A stretch of DNA of 64,000 bases from an uncultured Chloroflexia bacterium (GCA_963749705.1 CAVVNQ010000015.1:288001-352000), one strand, 5' to 3'. Positions 21,617 through 33,004 are shown, numbered from the stretch's first letter. Translations and numbers: made by a program. Notes: a model not told the origin generated them from the sequence alone.

Positions 21617-23013
21617 ATGCGACGCGCCGGACCGTTCCTGATCCTGATCATCGGGGTGCTTGCCCTGCTGGTCGACTTTGCGCGCATTCCGATGCCCTCG
21701 CTGGGCACGCAGGCAAGCGGGACGACCTCCTACCTCGAGACGAAGCTCGGCCTGGACCTGCGCGGCGGCCTGCGGGTCGAGTACCAGGTGCAGCCCACCG
21801 AGGGCAAGACCCCGTCGCGCGACGACCTCAACATCATGCGCCAGATCATCATCAACCGGGTCGACAAATCGGGTGTCGCGGAGCCCCAGGTCGTCGTCCA
21901 GGGCTCGGACCGGATCGTGGTCGAGATGCCGGGCGTCCAGAACGCGGACGACATCCGGAACGCTGGTCGGCACGACCGGCCGGCTCGACTTCGTCCCGCT
22001 GGGCCAGACCCAGGCCGCGCAGGGCCAGAAGCTGGACCCGTCGATCATCAGCACCAAGTGCGCCTCGACGGCGGATGCGAACTGCGTGCTGTTCTCCGGT
22101 GACCAGGTCGCGAGCGCCACGATCGGCAATCGACCAGACCGGACGCCGGACGGTCGACTTCGTGCTCAAGGACGAAGGCAAGAACCTGTTCGCGGACTAC
22201 ACCTCGAAGCACGTCGGCGACTACTTCGCGGTCGTGCTCGATGGCGAGGTGATCACCGCCCCGGTGATCAACGAGCCGATCCCCGGCGGCCAGGTCCAGA
22301 TCAGCCAGGGTGGGATCGGCGGCTACCCGCTGGCCGAGGCCCAGAACCTGGTCACCATCCTCCAGTTCGGCCAGCTGCCGTTCCAGCTCAAGGAGCTCGC
22401 CAACACGACGGTCAGCCCCACGCTGGGCGAGGCCTTCCTCCACCAGAGCCTGCTTGCCGGCGTGATCGCGGTCCTGATGGTCGTGTTCTTCATGGTCGTC
22501 CACTACCGGCTGCCGGGCGTCATCGCCAGCGGCGCCCTGATGTACTACGCGCTCGTCGTGTATGCGCTGTTCCGCCTCGTCCCGGTCACCCTCACCCTTG
22601 CCGGCATCGCGGGCTTCGTGCTCTCGGTGGGCATGGCGGTCGACGCCAACATCCTGATCTTCGAACGGACCAAGGAGGAGCTGCGCGTGGGCAAGAGCCT
22701 GCCCGCCGCGATCGAGGCCGGCTTCAACCGGGCCTGGAACTCGATCCTCGACTCCAACGTGTCGAGCCTGATCACGGCGACCATCCTGTTCCTGTTCGGG
22801 TCGTCCACGATCCGCGGCTTCGGCCTGGTCCTGATCATCGGCGTCCTGGTCTCGATGTTCACCGCGATCACCGTCACCCGTACCGTCCTGCGGATCATCG
22901 TGGCCCAGCCGTGGGCGCGGAAGGCCGGCCTGTACGGGGTCACCGACGCCGAGTTCCTGGCTCGCCCGACCACCCGACGGTCGCTTCGAGGAGAGGCGCG
23001 CGGGCGTGTTTGA
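21617..23013 (+). CDS. secD: Protein translocase subunit SecD, two +1 frameshifts near 21960 and 22128
   Basis: KLGLDLRGG, GVAEP, VSPTLG, GMAVDANILIFER, ILDSN motifs spread across three successive frames. Confidence 0.93.
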
Positions 23014-24251
23014 CATCATCGGGAAGCGCAACTGGTTCTTCGCGCTGTCCCTGGCCGTCACGATCCCCGGCCTGATCTTCATCCTCCTCGGCCCCGTGAC
23101 CGGGGGCAAGGTCGGCCTCCAGTTCGCGATCGACTTCACCGGTGGCACCGTGTGGTCGATCCGGTTCGAGGATCCATCGGTCACGCCGCAGCAGGTCAAG
23201 GACGTGATCGGCGCCGAGGGCCTCGATGCATCCGTCACCCAGAGCGGCGACGGGTTCATGGAGATCCGCACCGAGGAGGTCGGCCTCCTGCCGCCGCCGC
23301 CGTCGCCGACCCCGATCCCCAGCCCGTCCAGCATCGGCCAGTGCGGCTGCATCGGCCTCGGCAGGCGCGTCCGCCGCCGCCTCGGCATCTGCCGCGGCGC
23401 CCAGCGCCGCCGCGTCCGGCTCGCCGGCGGCCTCGTCGTCATCGGACGCCTCGCCGTCGGCATCGCCCAGCCCCAGCCCGTCCGCATCCCCCGAGCCGAG
23501 TGCGTCGGCCTCGCCCGGGGCCAGCGCCTCTCCCGGCGCCAGCGCATCGCCCACCGCCGCGCCGGTCCTCGGCGACACCAACCTGCCCACCAGCGGCCGG
23601 CTGGGCGAGATCCGGGTCGCGCTCGAGAAGCAGCTCGGGCCGATCGCGGACCAGAAGTCGCTGTCCACCGTGGGCGCCGTCGTCTCGAGCGACCTGATCA
23701 CCCAGGCGCTGGTCCTGATCCTGGTCGGCTCGATCGGGATCCTGCTGTGGATCACCTATCGCTTCCGCGACGTCAAGATGGGCGCCACGGCGCTGGTCGC
23801 GCTGATCCACGACGTGATCGTGGTCGTCGGCATGTTCGCGATCCTGGGGACGTTCATCGGCCTCCAGATCGACAGCCTGTTCGTGACCGCGATGCTGACG
23901 GTCATCGGGTTCTCGGTCCACGACACGATCGTGGTGTTCGACCGTGTCCGCGAGAACCGTGCCCGACACGCCGGGGAGCCGTTCGACCGGATCGTCAACC
24001 ACTCGGTGCTCCAGACCTTCGGCCGGTCGATCACCACCAGCCTGACCGTGGTCCTCACGCTGCTTGCGCTGCTGCTGTTCGCGGGCGAGGCGATCGGCAC
24101 GTTCGTGCTGGCGCTGCTGCTGGGCATCATCTCGGGCACCTACTCCTCGATCTTCAACGCGAGCCCGCTCCTCGTCGTGTGGCACGGCTGGGAGGACCGG
24201 AAGCGGGCCCGCGAGCACGCGGCCCGCACCGGCCGCCGCGCGACCACGTGA
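23006..24251 (+). CDS. secF: Protein translocase subunit SecF, one +1 frameshift near 23330
   Basis: IDFTGGT in the first frame; HDVI, IGFSVHDTIVVFDRVREN, GTYSSIF in the second. Confidence 0.93.
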
Positions 24252-24412
24252 TCGCGGTCCGGCCCGGACCGGACCCCGTGCCCTCGTCGTCCCCGGACGA
24301 TCCCTGCCCCTGTCGCCCCCGATGAGCGCCTGCGCCCGCGTCGCGCCGTACCCGGCCCCGGCCCGAGATGGGCGCAAGGCTCGGTTTAGCCGGGCGTGGC
24401 ATGCTCTCGCCG

Positions 24413-26293
24413 ATGACTGAGCCCCGCCACCGCTGGGTGTTCCCGGACCCGCTTCGCGTGACCCCCGAGTTCCGGGCCGCAGCGCATGAGCAAGGGATCG
24501 GGATCGTGGCCGCCACCGTCCTCGCACGCCGCGGTATCGGGGATCCGGGGGCGCTCGCCGCCTTCCTCGGACCCGCCGCGGCCGGCCTCCACGATCCGCA
24601 CCTGCTGCCGGACGCGGCCCGCCTCGTCGACCGGGTGCGGCTCGCGCGTGAGCGCCGCGAGAAGGTCATGGTGTTCGGCGACTTCGACGCCGATGGCCTG
24701 ACCGGCCTGGCGCAGCTCGTCCTTGCGCTGCGCCGGCTGGGCGTCGACACGCTGCCCTACGTGCCGTCCCGGCTCGAGGAGGGCCACGGGCTGTCGATGG
24801 CCGCGGTGGAGGCGGCCACCGCCGCCGGGATCACCCTGATCGTGACGGTCGACACGGGCTCCACGAGCGTCGCCGAGGTCGCCGCCGCGGCGAGCCAGGG
24901 CATCGATGTCGCCATCACGGACCACCACCGGCTGCCCGAGGTGCTGCCGGCGGCCGTCGCGCTCGTCAACCCCCACCGCGCCGATTCGGTCTATCCGGAT
25001 CCGAGGTTGTCGGGCAGCGGCGTGGCGTTCACGGTCGCGCGGCTCCTGTTCGCCGAGCTCCTCGGGTCCGATGCAGAGGCACTCGAGCTCGCGGACCTCG
25101 CGACCATCGGCACGGTGTCCGACGTCGTCCCGATCCTGGGTGAGAACCGCTCGATCGCCCGGCTCGGGCTGGCGCTGATGCGCACGGCCGCGCGGCCCGG
25201 GATCGCGGCGCTCCTCGCCCGGGCGCATGTCGCGCCCGACACCGTCGACCTCGAGACCGTCGGGTTCGTCCTCGCACCCCGGCTCAACGCGGCCGGTCGG
25301 GTCGGGGAGGCGCTCGACGCCGCGAACCTGCTGCTGGCGCAGACGCCGGATGCCGCCGAATCGCTGGCCACCACCCTGGAGACCGCGAACACCACGCGCC
25401 GAGACCTCATGCGCACGGCGATCGCCGAGGCACGTGCGGCGTTCGGGCTGCCCGATCCGGGCCAGGCGCCCGGCCAGCAGCCGCTGTTCGAGGTGGTGCC
25501 TGAGGACGAGGCGGCCATCGTGATCGGCGGCGCCGGCGATGCGCCGGCCATGCTCGTGCGCGGGCCCTGGCCGGTCGGCATCCTTGGCCTCGTCGCGGGC
25601 CGGCTCGCGGACGAGACCGGGCGCGCGGCGGTGGTCGCGACCCAGCTCGGGCCGGTGCTCCGCGCCTCGTGTCGCAGCGACGGGCGGCTCGATCTCGCGG
25701 CCACGCTCACCGCGTGTGACGACCTGTTCGTGCGCCACGGCGGTCACGCGGCGGCCGCGGGGTTCGAGCTCCCGGTGGAGCGCTGGGACGAGTTCGTCGA
25801 GCGCTTCCTCGCGCTTGCGGCGGCGTCGGCCCCCGATGATCCGCGGACGATCCTCGCCGTGGACCTCGCGCTCCCCGCCGCCTACGTCGACTACGGGCTG
25901 TTCCGTGATCTCGCGCGCCTCGGGCCGTGCGGGGCGGGAAATCCGGAGCCGCTGGTGGCGGTGCTCGGCCTGACGGTGCAGCGGGTCCGGGCCGCGAACG
26001 GCGGCCACACGCAGCTGGTCCTTCGCCGCGAGCGAGACGTGCTCGACGGCATCGCCTTCGGACGACCGGACCTCGCGACGACGCTCAGCGAGGGAGACCG
26101 CGTGGACGTGGTCGCACGGCTGGCGAGCCGGACGTTCGGCGGGCTCGAGACGCTCCAGCTCGAGGTCCGTGACGTGTCCTTGTCGGGTGCCCATCCGCGT
26201 GCCGCCGCCGTGCTGGAGCGGTCGGCCGGGCGTCTCGACGGGGTCGCGGTCGGTCCGGGCCACCTCGCCCCCGTCGCGGGCGGTCGAACGTGA
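24413..26293 (+). CDS. recJ: Single-stranded-DNA-specific exonuclease RecJ
   Basis: FGDFDADG, TVDTG, TDHH, PRLNAAGR, GGHAAAAG motifs. Confidence 0.96.
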   Translation: MTEPRHRWVFPDPLRVTPEFRAAAHEQGIGIVAATVLARRGIGDPGALAAFLGPAAAGLHDPHLLPDAARLVDRVRLARERREKVMVFGDFDADGLTGLAQLVLALRRLGVDTLPYVPSRLEEGHGLSMAAVEAATAAGITLIVTVDTGSTSVAEVAAAASQGIDVAITDHHRLPEVLPAAVALVNPHRADSVYPDPRLSGSGVAFTVARLLFAELLGSDAEALELADLATIGTVSDVVPILGENRSIARLGLALMRTAARPGIAALLARAHVAPDTVDLETVGFVLAPRLNAAGRVGEALDAANLLLAQTPDAAESLATTLETANTTRRDLMRTAIAEARAAFGLPDPGQAPGQQPLFEVVPEDEAAIVIGGAGDAPAMLVRGPWPVGILGLVAGRLADETGRAAVVATQLGPVLRASCRSDGRLDLAATLTACDDLFVRHGGHAAAAGFELPVERWDEFVERFLALAAASAPDDPRTILAVDLALPAAYVDYGLFRDLARLGPCGAGNPEPLVAVLGLTVQRVRAANGGHTQLVLRRERDVLDGIAFGRPDLATTLSEGDRVDVVARLASRTFGGLETLQLEVRDVSLSGAHPRAAAVLERSAGRLDGVAVGPGHLAPVAGGRT

Positions 26294-27555
26294 GCGGTCC
26301 CGGACCCGGGGCGCCGCGCCGGACGCCCCGCCTGCGCAGCCCGGGCGATCCGTATGGCCTGCTGCCCGCCGGCGCGCCCATCGCCGCCGTGCTCTCGATC
26401 GTCGGCCTGCTGGTCATCGCGTACGCGACGTTTGCGCTGGCCAGCGGCAAGCTGCCGGTCGGCGGCAATGCCGGCGGCCCGAACGCCTCGGGGGACAACG
26501 GCGGCGTCACCAAGACCGCGACACCGACCAACGTGGTCATCGTGCCCGACGATCCGCTCGCCGACGTGCCCGGCACCATCGCCTACGCCAAGGCAGGGAA
26601 CATCTGGCTCCAGAGCGGCCGGAGCACGCGCCAGCTCACGACCGGCGGCCACGACTCGATGCCCTCGTTCTCCGCCGACGGGTCGTCGGTCTACTTCGTC
26701 CGCTCGCGGCGGGAGGCCGGGTACTGGACCGTGTCCGGCAAGGGCACCCATTACGCGCTGGACGTCCCGTCGATCATGCAGGTCGCCGTGACGGGCGGCG
26801 ACCCGACCCTGATCTTCGACGGGCTCGTCGATCCGTCCGGCCGCCTCAAGTGGGCAGGCTGGATCCGTGAGCCCGTGGTGTCGCCGGACGGCAAGACGAT
26901 CGCCATGGTGACCGACCTTCCCGACCCCACGCGCAGCGACGTCGTGCTCAAGCTGCTCAACCTCAAGACCGGGAAGATCACCAGCCCCGGCCTTGCCCAG
27001 ACCGCCCCGCTTGGTCACCAGGATCCCGCGTGGCGCCCCGACGGGGGCCGTCTCCTGTACGTGCGCAACGACCGCGACGGCGCCAAGGGGACGCCCCGGA
27101 TCTACAGCTACAACCCGGCCACGAAGAAGGCCGCGCCGATGAGCGCGCCCGGCTACCTGCATCCGTCGTGGTCTCCGGACGGGCGCTACGTGGCCGCGAC
27201 CAGGACCAGCACGCTGGGGACCGACGTCGTCATCCTCGACGCCGCAACCGGTGCCGAGCTGCTCCGCCTGACCTCGGACGGGTCCTCGTGGGCGCCCACC
27301 TGGTCGCCGCGGGGCGATGCGATCGCGTACCTCCACGTCGATGGCCAGGTCGTGGACCTCCGGATGATCCAGCTCGAGGGGACCGGCCCCACGTGGACCG
27401 CCAAGGCGCCGCTCGACCTGACGACCAGCGCGGGGCTGGACGGGATCTCGCGTCCGGACTGGTTCATCCCCGCCGACCAGCTGCCCGCGACCCCGGCGCC
27501 GGCGACCGGATCCCCGGCATCCTCGCCCGGCGCGTCCGGGTCGGCGGTCCCGTGA
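26290..27555 (+). CDS. Membrane-anchored TolB-like beta-propeller (PD40 repeats)
   Basis: N-terminal TM helix; repeated PSFSADG, PVVSPDG, PAWRPDG, PSWSPDG, PTWSPRG. Confidence 0.85.
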   Translation: MSGPGPGAPRRTPRLRSPGDPYGLLPAGAPIAAVLSIVGLLVIAYATFALASGKLPVGGNAGGPNASGDNGGVTKTATPTNVVIVPDDPLADVPGTIAYAKAGNIWLQSGRSTRQLTTGGHDSMPSFSADGSSVYFVRSRREAGYWTVSGKGTHYALDVPSIMQVAVTGGDPTLIFDGLVDPSGRLKWAGWIREPVVSPDGKTIAMVTDLPDPTRSDVVLKLLNLKTGKITSPGLAQTAPLGHQDPAWRPDGGRLLYVRNDRDGAKGTPRIYSYNPATKKAAPMSAPGYLHPSWSPDGRYVAATRTSTLGTDVVILDAATGAELLRLTSDGSSWAPTWSPRGDAIAYLHVDGQVVDLRMIQLEGTGPTWTAKAPLDLTTSAGLDGISRPDWFIPADQLPATPAPATGSPASSPGASGSAVP

Positions 27556-28430
27556 CCCCGTCCTACCTCGAGCGGCTTGCCGCCCGCAGCGCCGCCACGG
27601 GCACCGTCCTGTGCGTGGGCGTGGACCCGGACCCGGCCGCCCTCCCGGACGGCTTCCCGGTCACGCTGGCGGGCATGGAGCGGTTTGCCCGCCTGATCAT
27701 CGAGGCCTCGCTGCCGGTGGCCGCTGCGTTCAAGGCCAACCTCGCGTTCTTCGAGGCGCACGGATCCGCCGGCCTGGCCGCCCTCGAGCGTCTTCGGGCC
27801 CTGGTGCCCACGGACGTGCCGTTCATCGCGGACGCGAAGCGGGGCGACATCCGGTCGACGGCGGAGCGCCACGCGCTGGCGTTGTTCGACGTCCTCGGCG
27901 CGGACGCGGTCACCGTGAGCCCATACCTCGGCGAGGAGGCGATCGCCCCGTTGCTGGTACGAGCGGACCGCTACGCGTACGTGCTGTGCCGCACCTCCAA
28001 CCCGGGTGCGGCCGAGATCCAGGCCCTCGACGTCGCCGTGGACGCGTCGTCCGGCGCGCCGGCCGAGCCGCTGTGGGCGCGCGTCGCCCGCCTGGCGAGT
28101 GGCTGGGGCCCGGGCGGCACGGTCGGGCTCGTGGTCGGGGCCACCGCTCCCGCGGAGCTGGCCGCCGTCCGCGGGCTTGCGCCGGGGCTCGGGTTCCTCG
28201 TGCCGGGCGTCGGAGCGCAGGGTGGCGAGATCGGGCCGGTGCTCGCCTCGGGGCGCGCGGTCGCGAAGCCCGCCGGTGGCCGGCCAGGTGGCGGCCTCCT
28301 GGTCAACGTCTCGCGAGGCATCGCGCGCGCGGCCGCGGGACCCCCACCCGAGGGCGCGCCGGCGGACGCCGGGGAGCGCCTCCGCGTCGCTGCCGCAGGC
28401 TGGGCCGAGCGGCTCGCTGTGCTACCCTGA
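27552..28430 (+). CDS. pyrF: Orotidine-5'-phosphate decarboxylase
   Basis: LCVGVDP, DAKRGDI, CRTSNPG, LVPGVGAQGG motifs. Confidence 0.95.
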   Translation: MTPSYLERLAARSAATGTVLCVGVDPDPAALPDGFPVTLAGMERFARLIIEASLPVAAAFKANLAFFEAHGSAGLAALERLRALVPTDVPFIADAKRGDIRSTAERHALALFDVLGADAVTVSPYLGEEAIAPLLVRADRYAYVLCRTSNPGAAEIQALDVAVDASSGAPAEPLWARVARLASGWGPGGTVGLVVGATAPAELAAVRGLAPGLGFLVPGVGAQGGEIGPVLASGRAVAKPAGGRPGGGLLVNVSRGIARAAAGPPPEGAPADAGERLRVAAAGWAERLAVLP

Positions 28431-28486
28431 CCGCCCTCGGGCGTGCCCACAGGAGGTGCGCCCCACCCACGAGGTCGACTCTCGAG

Positions 28487-28903
28487 ATGCCGTTCAACAT
28501 CGGACCCGCCGAGCTCATCATCGTCCTGGTCATTGCGCTCATCGTCGTGGGGCCGGGCAAGCTTCCCGAGGTCGGTTCCGCGCTCGGCAAGAGCATCCGC
28601 GAGTTCCGCCGGGCAGCCGCCGACGTCAAGGAGACGACGAGCATGGAGGCCGCACCGGCAGCGCCCGCCGCCCCGGCCGCGACCGCCGCCCCGGCCCCCG
28701 CCCCGGCTGCGACCGCTGCGGCTCCCGCCCAGGCTGCGGCTCCCGCCCAGGCTGCCGCTCCGGCGCCCGCCGCCCCGGCTCAGGCCGCACCCGCGACGCC
28801 CGTTCCGGCCGCCGATCCCGCGATCCCGACCGCGCCACCCAGCGCGAGCGAGCCGGTCGCCGTCGCAGCCGCAGCTGACGCGGAAGAGCAGACGTCGGCC
28901 TAG
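28487..28903 (+). CDS. tatA: Twin-arginine translocase TatA/E with Ala-Pro-rich tail
   Basis: IGPAELIIVLVIALIVVGPGKLPEVGSALGKSIREFR. Confidence 0.93.
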   Translation: MPFNIGPAELIIVLVIALIVVGPGKLPEVGSALGKSIREFRRAAADVKETTSMEAAPAAPAAPAATAAPAPAPAATAAAPAQAAAPAQAAAPAPAAPAQAAPATPVPAADPAIPTAPPSASEPVAVAAAADAEEQTSA

Positions 28904-28933
28904 ACCCGCCGGGGCCAGTCAGCAGACCCACCG

Positions 28934-29736
28934 ATGGCCGATGCCGACACCGTCCGCGATGCCGGGATACCGGCGCGCCTGACGCCGGCACCCGATCCCG
29001 CGCCGCCCTCGGGATCGCCCGGCGGGGGATCGCCGCCGGCGACCGGGGAGATGTCGCTCGTCGACCACCTCGTCGAGCTTCGCGATCGCCTCATCCGGAT
29101 GGTGCTCGCCGTCGCGGCCGGCTCGGTGGTCGGGTTCCTGCTCAGCGGATCAGATCATCGGCGTCCTGGTCGCCCCGCTGCCCGAGAAGGAGCTCCAGTT
29201 CACCGGCCTGGGCGACGCGTTCGTGATCGACGGTCAAGGTCGCGATCGTGTTCGGCGTGATCGTCGCGATGCCCGTGATCCTGTACCAGGTGTGGTCGTT
29301 CGTCGCGCCCGGCCTGACCGCCGCCGAGCGCCGGATCGTCAAGCCCTGGATCCCGCTGGCACTGATCTTCTTCGCCATCGGTGTCGGCATCGCCTACGTG
29401 ATCCTGCCGTTCGCGACGGCCTTCCTGCTGGGCTTCTCCAGCGACTACCTGCACCCGCTGATCACGGCCGGTCCGTACTTCGACTTCGTGACCACGATGT
29501 TCCTCGCGTTCGGCCTGATCATGGAGTTCCCGATCCTGCTCTACGGCCTGTCGCGGGTCGGGATCGTCACCTCGCAACGGCTGGTCGGGCTGCGGCGGAT
29601 GGCCATCCTCGGCATCTCGATCTTCGCCGCGGCCATCACGCCGGGCGGCGACCTGGTCAGCCCGTTCGTGCTGGGCATTACGATGTACCTGCTGTTCGAG
29701 GGCACGATCATCGCGATCCGACGCAGCGGGAAGTAG
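28934..29736 (+). CDS. tatC: Twin-arginine translocase TatC, two +1 frameshifts near 29147 and 29229
   Basis: EMSLVDHLVELRDRL, PVILYQVWSFVAPGL, AAAITPGGD across three successive frames. Confidence 0.92.
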
Positions 29737-29754
29737 GGCGGAGGCTGGTCGCAC

Positions 29755-30741
29755 ATGCCCTCTGAGCCACGCCACGTCGACGACGTCAGGCACCGGGCCG
29801 GCGCCATCCGGGCGCCCGACGAGGGGTCCGACGACCCGCTCGACGAATCGGCCGACGTCGCGGTGGCGGGCGGTCGTCCGGCCCAGCAGATCGTGGTGGT
29901 CACCGGGTTGTCGGGGGGCGGCAAGACGGCGGCGGCCAAGCTGTTCGAGGACCTCGGCTACATCGTCGTCGACAACCTGCCCGGCGAGCTGCTGCGCGAC
30001 CTGGCCGACCTGATCGCCTCGGACCGCATCCGGTTCGCGCAGACCGCGATCGTGCTCGACGTGCGCGCCGGCGACGTCCCGCTCGCGTTCGGCGCGATGC
30101 GCGGCGCGCTCGAGGGTCGCGCCATCCGGCCGGTGATCATGTTCCTCGAGGCCCGCGACGACGTCCTGATCCGCCGGTTCTCCGAGACGCGTCACCGGCA
30201 CCCGCTGGCCGACGAGCGGGGGATCGCGGCCTCGATCGCGATGGAGCGCGAGCTGCTGGCACCGATCCGTACCGAGGCCGATGTCATCGTCGACACCAGC
30301 GACCTGTCGCTGCGCGAGCTGCGCGAGCAGATCTTCACCCGCCTGGGCGACGTCCAGACGTCGGACCGGCTGGCGATCCAGCTGATCAGCTTCGGGTTCA
30401 AGTTCGGCATCCCGCTCGAGGCCGATCTCGTGCTCGACGTCCGGTTCATGCACAACCCGTTCTACATCGAGGACCTTCGGACCAAGTCCGGGCTGACCGA
30501 TCCGGTGCGCCGCTACGTGCTGCGCCAGCCGATCGCGGCCGCGTTCATGACCGGGCTCGAGGACATGCTGGACCTGCTCGTCCCCGCGTACGTGGAGGAG
30601 GGCAAGAACCGGCTGACGATCGCGATCGGCTGCACCGGCGGCTTCCATCGCTCGATCGTCATCGCGGAGGAGCTCGCGACGTGGCTCCGCGAGCGCGACT
30701 TCGGTTCGGTGGCGGTGTTCCACCGCGAGCTGGAGCGGTGA
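29755..30741 (+). CDS. rapZ: RNase adapter RapZ/YvcJ
   Basis: TGLSGGGKT, VDNLP, SETRHRHP, SFGFKFG, IGCTGGFHRS. Confidence 0.95.
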   Translation: MPSEPRHVDDVRHRAGAIRAPDEGSDDPLDESADVAVAGGRPAQQIVVVTGLSGGGKTAAAKLFEDLGYIVVDNLPGELLRDLADLIASDRIRFAQTAIVLDVRAGDVPLAFGAMRGALEGRAIRPVIMFLEARDDVLIRRFSETRHRHPLADERGIAASIAMERELLAPIRTEADVIVDTSDLSLRELREQIFTRLGDVQTSDRLAIQLISFGFKFGIPLEADLVLDVRFMHNPFYIEDLRTKSGLTDPVRRYVLRQPIAAAFMTGLEDMLDLLVPAYVEEGKNRLTIAIGCTGGFHRSIVIAEELATWLRERDFGSVAVFHRELER

Positions 30742-32117
30742 ATCTCGGCCGCTGGCTGACCGTCGGCATCGGCGTCAAGCGGTGGCTGCTCCTCTCGTTC
30801 GCCGGGTTGCTGCTCCTCGCGCTCGGGGTTGCGCATGCGCTCCGGCAGCTGCCGGTCGACCTCCGGCCGGGCGGCGTGGTCGGGCTGCTGACCGATGTCC
30901 TCACCCTCCAGTTCCTGCCGTACCAGGCGCGCGGGATCATCGCGGGCCTGGCGGGCGCCGCGCTGTTCCTGACGGGCGCCTACCGGCTGGTGCGAGCGCT
31001 GGTCGACCCGTTCGCGCTGTGGGATCGCGACCAGCCGATGGTCGAGGTCATCTACCAGAAGCGCTTCCTGGCCCGCGGTCCGCGGACGGTCGCGATCGGG
31101 GGCGGCACCGGCCTGTCGATGCTGCTGCGCGGGCTCAAGGAGCACACGTCGAACCTCACGGCGGTCGTCACCGTGGCCGACGACGGGGGCTCGTCGGGCG
31201 TGCTGCGCGAAGAGCTCGGGATCCCCGCGGTGGGCGACATCCGCAACTGCATCGTGGCCCTGGCCGATGCCGAGCCCCTCATGGGCCGGCTGCTCCAGTA
31301 CCGCTTCCCCGGCCGCGGGCCGGCCGTGGCCACCGATCCGGACGTGGTGCCCTCGCGCGACGCCGAGACCGCCTCGGCCGGGCTCGCCGGCCACGCGGTC
31401 GGCAACCTGCTGCTGGCGGCGCTCGTGGAGCTCGAGGGCGGCGACTTCGAGCAGGCGGTCCGCGAGCTGGGCCGCGTGCTTGCGGTTCGCGGCAGCGTGG
31501 TCCCGGCCACCGCAACGGTCCTGACGCTCCACGCCCGGCTGGCCGACGGCAGCGAGGTCCTGGGTCAGAGCCGGATCGCACGCACCGACCGGGTCGACCG
31601 GGTATGGGTCACGCCCGACGACGTCGCGCCCACGGGTGACGCGCTGCACGCGATCGAGGATGCCGAGCTGATCGTGATCGGGCCGGGCAGCCTGTTCACC
31701 AGCCTGCTGCCCGCGCTGCTCGTGCCCGGGATCCGCGAGGCGATCGCGAGGTCCGGGGCGCTCGTCGTGTTCGTGTGCAACGTGGCCACCCAGCCGGGCG
31801 AGACCGGCGGCTTCGACCTGGCCGATCACCTCGAGGCGCTCGCGCGACACGGTGCCGGCAACCTGCTCCACATGGTGCTCGCGAACAACCGGTTCGACGC
31901 ACGACCGCCCGACGGCTGGCTGGGCGAGCACGTGCGGCTGCGCTGGCCGCCGTCGGGCGCGCAGTCGCCCCGCCTGGTGCTCGACGATCTGGTCGACCCG
32001 GGCAACGCCCATCACCATGACCCGGACCGGCTGGCCACGGCGATCATCGACGCCTGGGAGCGCGACGGCGGCCACCGACGCCGGCCCAGCGTGTCGTCCG
32101 GCGACCGGACGGCCTGA
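30738..32117 (+). CDS. yvcK: YvcK/GlmR (UPF0052) protein with N-terminal TM segments
   Basis: [31 protein letters not shown]; lies between rapZ and whiA. Confidence 0.93.
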   Translation: MNLGRWLTVGIGVKRWLLLSFAGLLLLALGVAHALRQLPVDLRPGGVVGLLTDVLTLQFLPYQARGIIAGLAGAALFLTGAYRLVRALVDPFALWDRDQPMVEVIYQKRFLARGPRTVAIGGGTGLSMLLRGLKEHTSNLTAVVTVADDGGSSGVLREELGIPAVGDIRNCIVALADAEPLMGRLLQYRFPGRGPAVATDPDVVPSRDAETASAGLAGHAVGNLLLAALVELEGGDFEQAVRELGRVLAVRGSVVPATATVLTLHARLADGSEVLGQSRIARTDRVDRVWVTPDDVAPTGDALHAIEDAELIVIGPGSLFTSLLPALLVPGIREAIARSGALVVFVCNVATQPGETGGFDLADHLEALARHGAGNLLHMVLANNRFDARPPDGWLGEHVRLRWPPSGAQSPRLVLDDLVDPGNAHHHDPDRLATAIIDAWERDGGHRRRPSVSSGDRTA

Positions 32118-32126
32118 ACCCGACCG

Positions 32127-32972
32127 ATGTCCCGGAGCGACCGCGACCTGGTGCTGGCGCTGCGAGCCGAGCTTGCGGCGGTCGATCCCTCGCGGCCGTG
32201 CGACCGGAGGGCGGAGATCGCGGGCCTGGGTCCCTCGCTGGTGACGCGCGAGGCAACGGTCGCCCGGCTCGCTCTGCGGCTCGGCGGCCATGCGCCCGAC
32301 GGTGCGCAGCCCGGCGGTCGCCACCTGCTGCAGCTGCCCGCCGAGTCGCTCGACTGGACCGGCGCCGCCGATCATTGCCGGCTGGCCTGGCTCCGCGGCC
32401 GGTTCCTCTCCCGCGGCTCGCTGAGCCTCGCCGGGGGACGGGCGCATCTCGAGTTCGTCGTCCCGGTCGCCGAGGCGCCCGACCTTGCCGACCGGCTGGC
32501 GTCGCTCGGCCTGCCCGCGTCGTGGCGCGTCCGGCGCGGCCAGGGCGTGGTCACCTGGAAGAGCAACGAGTCGATCACCGGGTTCCTCGGGCGGATCGGT
32601 GCCAGCGCGTCGCTGCTCGAGCTCGAGGCACGGAGCGTTGCCCGGACCCTGCGCGGCGAGCTCAACCGCGTGCTCAACGCGGAGTCCGCCAACCTCCAGC
32701 GCTCGGTCGCCGCCGCCGGACGCCAGCTCGCTGCGATCGAGGCCCTCGACGCCGACGGGCGCCTGGGCGAGCAGCCGCGCACGGTCCGTGCCGTCGCCGA
32801 GGCCCGCCGCGACACCCCCGAGGCGTCGATGTCCGAGATCGCCACCCGGCTCGACCTCCACCGGTCCGCGGTCCAGCGCGCGCTCGATCGCCTCGAGCGC
32901 CTCGCGCTCCACGACGACGAGGGCATCGGGCTCCGTCATCCCTCCCGACGCCGGGTGCGCACGGCCGGCTGA
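32127..32972 (+). CDS. whiA: DNA-binding protein WhiA
   Basis: LRGRFLSRGS, NRVLNAESANL, C-terminal HTH; conserved rapZ-yvcK-whiA order. Confidence 0.9.
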   Translation: MSRSDRDLVLALRAELAAVDPSRPCDRRAEIAGLGPSLVTREATVARLALRLGGHAPDGAQPGGRHLLQLPAESLDWTGAADHCRLAWLRGRFLSRGSLSLAGGRAHLEFVVPVAEAPDLADRLASLGLPASWRVRRGQGVVTWKSNESITGFLGRIGASASLLELEARSVARTLRGELNRVLNAESANLQRSVAAAGRQLAAIEALDADGRLGEQPRTVRAVAEARRDTPEASMSEIATRLDLHRSAVQRALDRLERLALHDDEGIGLRHPSRRRVRTAG

Positions 32973-33004
32973 GCGGACCACGGCTGGCTGAGCGGAGCAC
33001 GGCT
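32967..33004. repeat. 19-bp tandem duplication over the whiA stop codon
   Basis: GGCTGAGCGGACCACGGCT followed by GGCTGAGCGGAGCACGGCT. Confidence 0.75.

Noticed and set aside
28660-28860. GC-rich tandem repeats in tatA (GCTCCCGCCCAGGCTGCG twice)
   Set aside because: In-frame Ala-Pro low-complexity tail, common in TatA; not a separate element
21617-29736. secD, secF and tatC as pseudogenes or programmed frameshifts
   Set aside because: Motifs intact, all lesions are +1 insertions without slippery sequences, and fmt is also hit; sequencing error is simpler
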